A stretch of 64,000 bases of DNA from Nemertoderma westbladi (taxonomy: Eukaryota; Animalia; Xenacoelomorpha), in assembly GCA_032718475.1 (NCBI GenBank), contig JAUCBJ010002449.1, positions 1 to 64,000 on the forward strand, given 5' to 3'. Below the pieces are notes generated by a model that saw nothing but the letters and a program-made list of their open reading frames with translations, did not search any database and was not told where the DNA came from. Position numbers and translations under genes: made by a program. Shown here one piece after another: positions 61,806 to 64,000 of this stretch; the stretch's first letter is position 1; each line of letters opens with the position of its first letter.

Positions 61806-62252
61806 ATGGCGAGTAAGTTGATCAGGAAGAGAAAGGCGGAATCAGGAGGAAAAGAAATATTGGTGGATTTCACCGAAAGACACCCGGAGGAGAAGACGAG
61901 AGGATACTACGAGAGGTTGGAAAGGGGTCACGCGGCACGAGCGCTGCAGGATCACTTCCGGGAGGCGCACGAACAGCGGTTGGTCGGGACCTACGGGACG
62001 CCGTCGCTGGACAACGCGATCTTCCAACACTTCCACTACGTGGTGAAAGGGGACGAGGCGAAGTTCGGGATTCCGAAGTATCCGAGGGAATCGCCGAGGA
62101 AGGACTGGAAAAGATTCATAGAGTCCGTCAACAGAGGAGGATATATGATCCTAGATGACGAGGGAACCGTGGAAGACGAAGCGGGTTCGAGACGAGGAAC
62201 GGCAGGGAGGCCAGGACACAGAGTTATGGCTTCGAGGAACAGGCGGGCCTAG
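61806..62252 (+). CDS. Accessory ORF A downstream of integrase (148 aa from ATG 61806), unknown function
   Basis: ATG in good context (GGAATGG), basic N-terminus RKRK, and non-repetitive protein-like sequence. Confidence 0.55.
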   Translation: MASKLIRKRKAESGGKEILVDFTERHPEEKTRGYYERLERGHAARALQDHFREAHEQRLVGTYGTPSLDNAIFQHFHYVVKGDEAKFGIPKYPRESPRKDWKRFIESVNRGGYMILDDEGTVEDEAGSRRGTAGRPGHRVMASRNRRA

Positions 62253-62305
62253 ACGAACTTCATTGGACTTCGTCGGGGAGTTCGGGGGAGTCTCTAGGGC
62301 GAGAA

Positions 62306-63556
62306 TTGGGATGGACGGTGGGATCGCCGAAACAGTCGACGTCGGGGTTGCACGCGATGCCCATACCAGCGGGCGCCGAGGGCGACCAACCGCCGAGGAA
62401 GTTAAGGGAGCTAGAGGGATGGAGAGCTACGGGCGAGAGCCAAGGCGGGAAGGGACATAGTGGATCCACCGAGATACCGGGATTGGAGACACTACCGGAA
62501 GAGGAGGACGACGACGACGAGTTCGGAGAGATACCGCCCATCGAGAGGATAGGCCACTCGGACACGGACTGGGTTGGCGGGAGGGTGGTGACGGCCAGTG
62601 GGGCGAGGGCCTTCTGGAACAGATCCGGCAAGCGGACCTGGGTGCACGAGGGGCCGGCGATGGATTTCGCGGGGAGCACTATCAGGTTGGGCGAGCAACC
62701 GGGGACGGCACCACGGATAGTATTCGGGGAGACAATGCCCGAGAGGGGCGGAGAGATCGACGTAAACAGGGAGAGCAACGTGGAGAAGTTTGCCTACCAG
62801 CGACTCCATAGACCGCGGAGATCGCTTGGGACGAAGGACGAGGTGGGACGCGAGACATTGGTACTCGGCTGCGACTACTGTGGGAGACAGACCCATCGGG
62901 AAAGCAGCTGCCTATACCGGTTCCAACGGGGAACCTTTTGTCTCTATTGTAGAGAACCAAGTCACAGGATGGGGGCGTGTCCACGGTTGCATAACCGATG
63001 TCCAAAGTGCCACTTTCGGGGACACTACGGACGCGAGTGCGACTGGATGAGCGACGAGGAGAAGTTCACGAGGTTCGAGGAGTGGGCCGACGTCGGGGCC
63101 ATGACGCGCCAGCGCATGAAGGCCCAAGAGTTCAAGTGGGGTTTCTTTCTCATAAACCAGGAGACCCACATGGAAATCATAAAGCGAAGGTTACCGTTTA
63201 CCTATCAAGAGGTAGCTACGGCGGCATCGTTCGCCGGAGTTATGAACACGCAACGGTACCTGGACAGGTGGACACCAGAGAACCGGAGGGAGTTTAGGGA
63301 TTTCTTGGCGGAACACGTACCAAAGGCAATGAAGATGATCCTATGGGACGCCACACGAGGGAGACAACCAGGCCATTCTGAGGGGCCACCGGCGAAGCGG
63401 TATCGGGCTTTAATAACACCAGCGCCCAAGGAGCCGACGACCGGGATCAGCAAGGAAGTGGCAGCGAAGGTCCGGAAGCAGAAAGCGGATGATGCCAGAG
63501 GAGCAGTGATAACCAAGAAACGGGCCAGGGAAGAGGACGTGAGGAGGAACAGATAA
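62306..63556 (+). CDS. Accessory ORF B: triple CX2CX4HX4C zinc-knuckle protein (frame open from 62159)
   Basis: CDYCGRQTHRESSC, CLYCREPSHRMGAC, CPKCHFRGHYGREC. Acidic tract EEEDDDDE and a basic C-terminus. Confidence 0.8.
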   Translation: MGWTVGSPKQSTSGLHAMPIPAGAEGDQPPRKLRELEGWRATGESQGGKGHSGSTEIPGLETLPEEEDDDDEFGEIPPIERIGHSDTDWVGGRVVTASGARAFWNRSGKRTWVHEGPAMDFAGSTIRLGEQPGTAPRIVFGETMPERGGEIDVNRESNVEKFAYQRLHRPRRSLGTKDEVGRETLVLGCDYCGRQTHRESSCLYRFQRGTFCLYCREPSHRMGACPRLHNRCPKCHFRGHYGRECDWMSDEEKFTRFEEWADVGAMTRQRMKAQEFKWGFFLINQETHMEIIKRRLPFTYQEVATAASFAGVMNTQRYLDRWTPENRREFRDFLAEHVPKAMKMILWDATRGRQPGHSEGPPAKRYRALITPAPKEPTTGISKEVAAKVRKQKADDARGAVITKKRAREEDVRRNR

Positions 63557-64000
63557 GTTCCCGGAGACGAGGGAATGAGACTGAGACTGGGAAGTGGTGC
63601 GCCTGGAAGGCGCCGCATGTAACGTACGAACTATTAAGTATAAATTTAATTAATGCAAATAACCATATAAGTGCAATTTGTATGTACGTACGTAGTGATT
63701 AGCAGTAAATACAAACGTTTGGAGTAAGTACTATAGTCATACAACCTTTCTCAATTAGCTACTGGGACTGGGGGACAATTGACTATGGCACTATGGACGA
63801 GACAACTGACAACTTCACGCTTCTTGAGTGCGACGGCACGGAAGGGGGGGGGAGGTTCGTCAAGAGAGATAAAACAGTCAAAGTGGGGTTGAGAATCGGA
63901 ATAAGAGTGCGAAGTGCGGAGAGAGTGCGAACGCAATTCTAGTGTGGGGGGGGGGAGAATGAGAGGCTGAGTGAGGGACGAGGAGGTCCGGGGGTATGAG

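Larger units (their letters stand above)
51525..64000 (+). mobile_element. BEL/Pao LTR retrotransposon, 3' end beyond the window, antisense to the host gene
   Basis: Abrupt TG start within a minisatellite unit. Gag-PR-RT-RH-IN order with BEL/Pao motifs. Whether 60730-64000 belongs to the same element is inferred. Confidence 0.9.

Noticed and set aside
62306-63556. ORF B as an envelope gene
   Set aside because: No signal peptide or transmembrane segment is visible, and the cysteines form CCHC knuckles.
52103-63618. Numerous minus-strand ORFs over the retrotransposon
   Set aside because: Antisense shadows of the purine-rich coding strand with no recognisable motifs.
63944-64000. Polypurine tract G10-AGAATG as the start of the 3' LTR (also GAGGGGGG at about 60771)
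   Set aside because: The following sequence does not match the putative 5' LTR start TGTTAGCTTATTC.

Overview
Eukaryotic (animal-like) genomic DNA with two components. (1) Positions 1-51524 hold nine phase-consistent minus-strand coding exons (about 1.4 kb, 49034->10054) of a TTC41/NPHP3-like TPR protein gene. Roughly 90% of this stretch is tandem repeat: ten unrelated minisatellites (units 38, 68, 40, 14, 22, 14, 32, 28, 57 and 63 bp), each confined to one intron. Three arrays are amplified copies of the gene's own splice junctions: about 830 and about 147 copies of a 3' acceptor, and 16 copies of a 5' donor. Most of their units read GT...AG on the sense strand, giving tandem AG|GT junctions. 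(2) Positions 51525-64000 hold a young BEL/Pao LTR retrotransposon inserted antisense into an intronic minisatellite. It has an unusually long gag N-terminal extension broken by two compensating poly-G slips, an intact gag-PR-RT-RH-IN ORF, a hairpin tandem array, and extra downstream ORFs including a triple-CCHC zinc-knuckle protein. The 3' LTR is not in the window. Most long ORFs in the supplied track are repeat artefacts. All coordinates were counted by eye.
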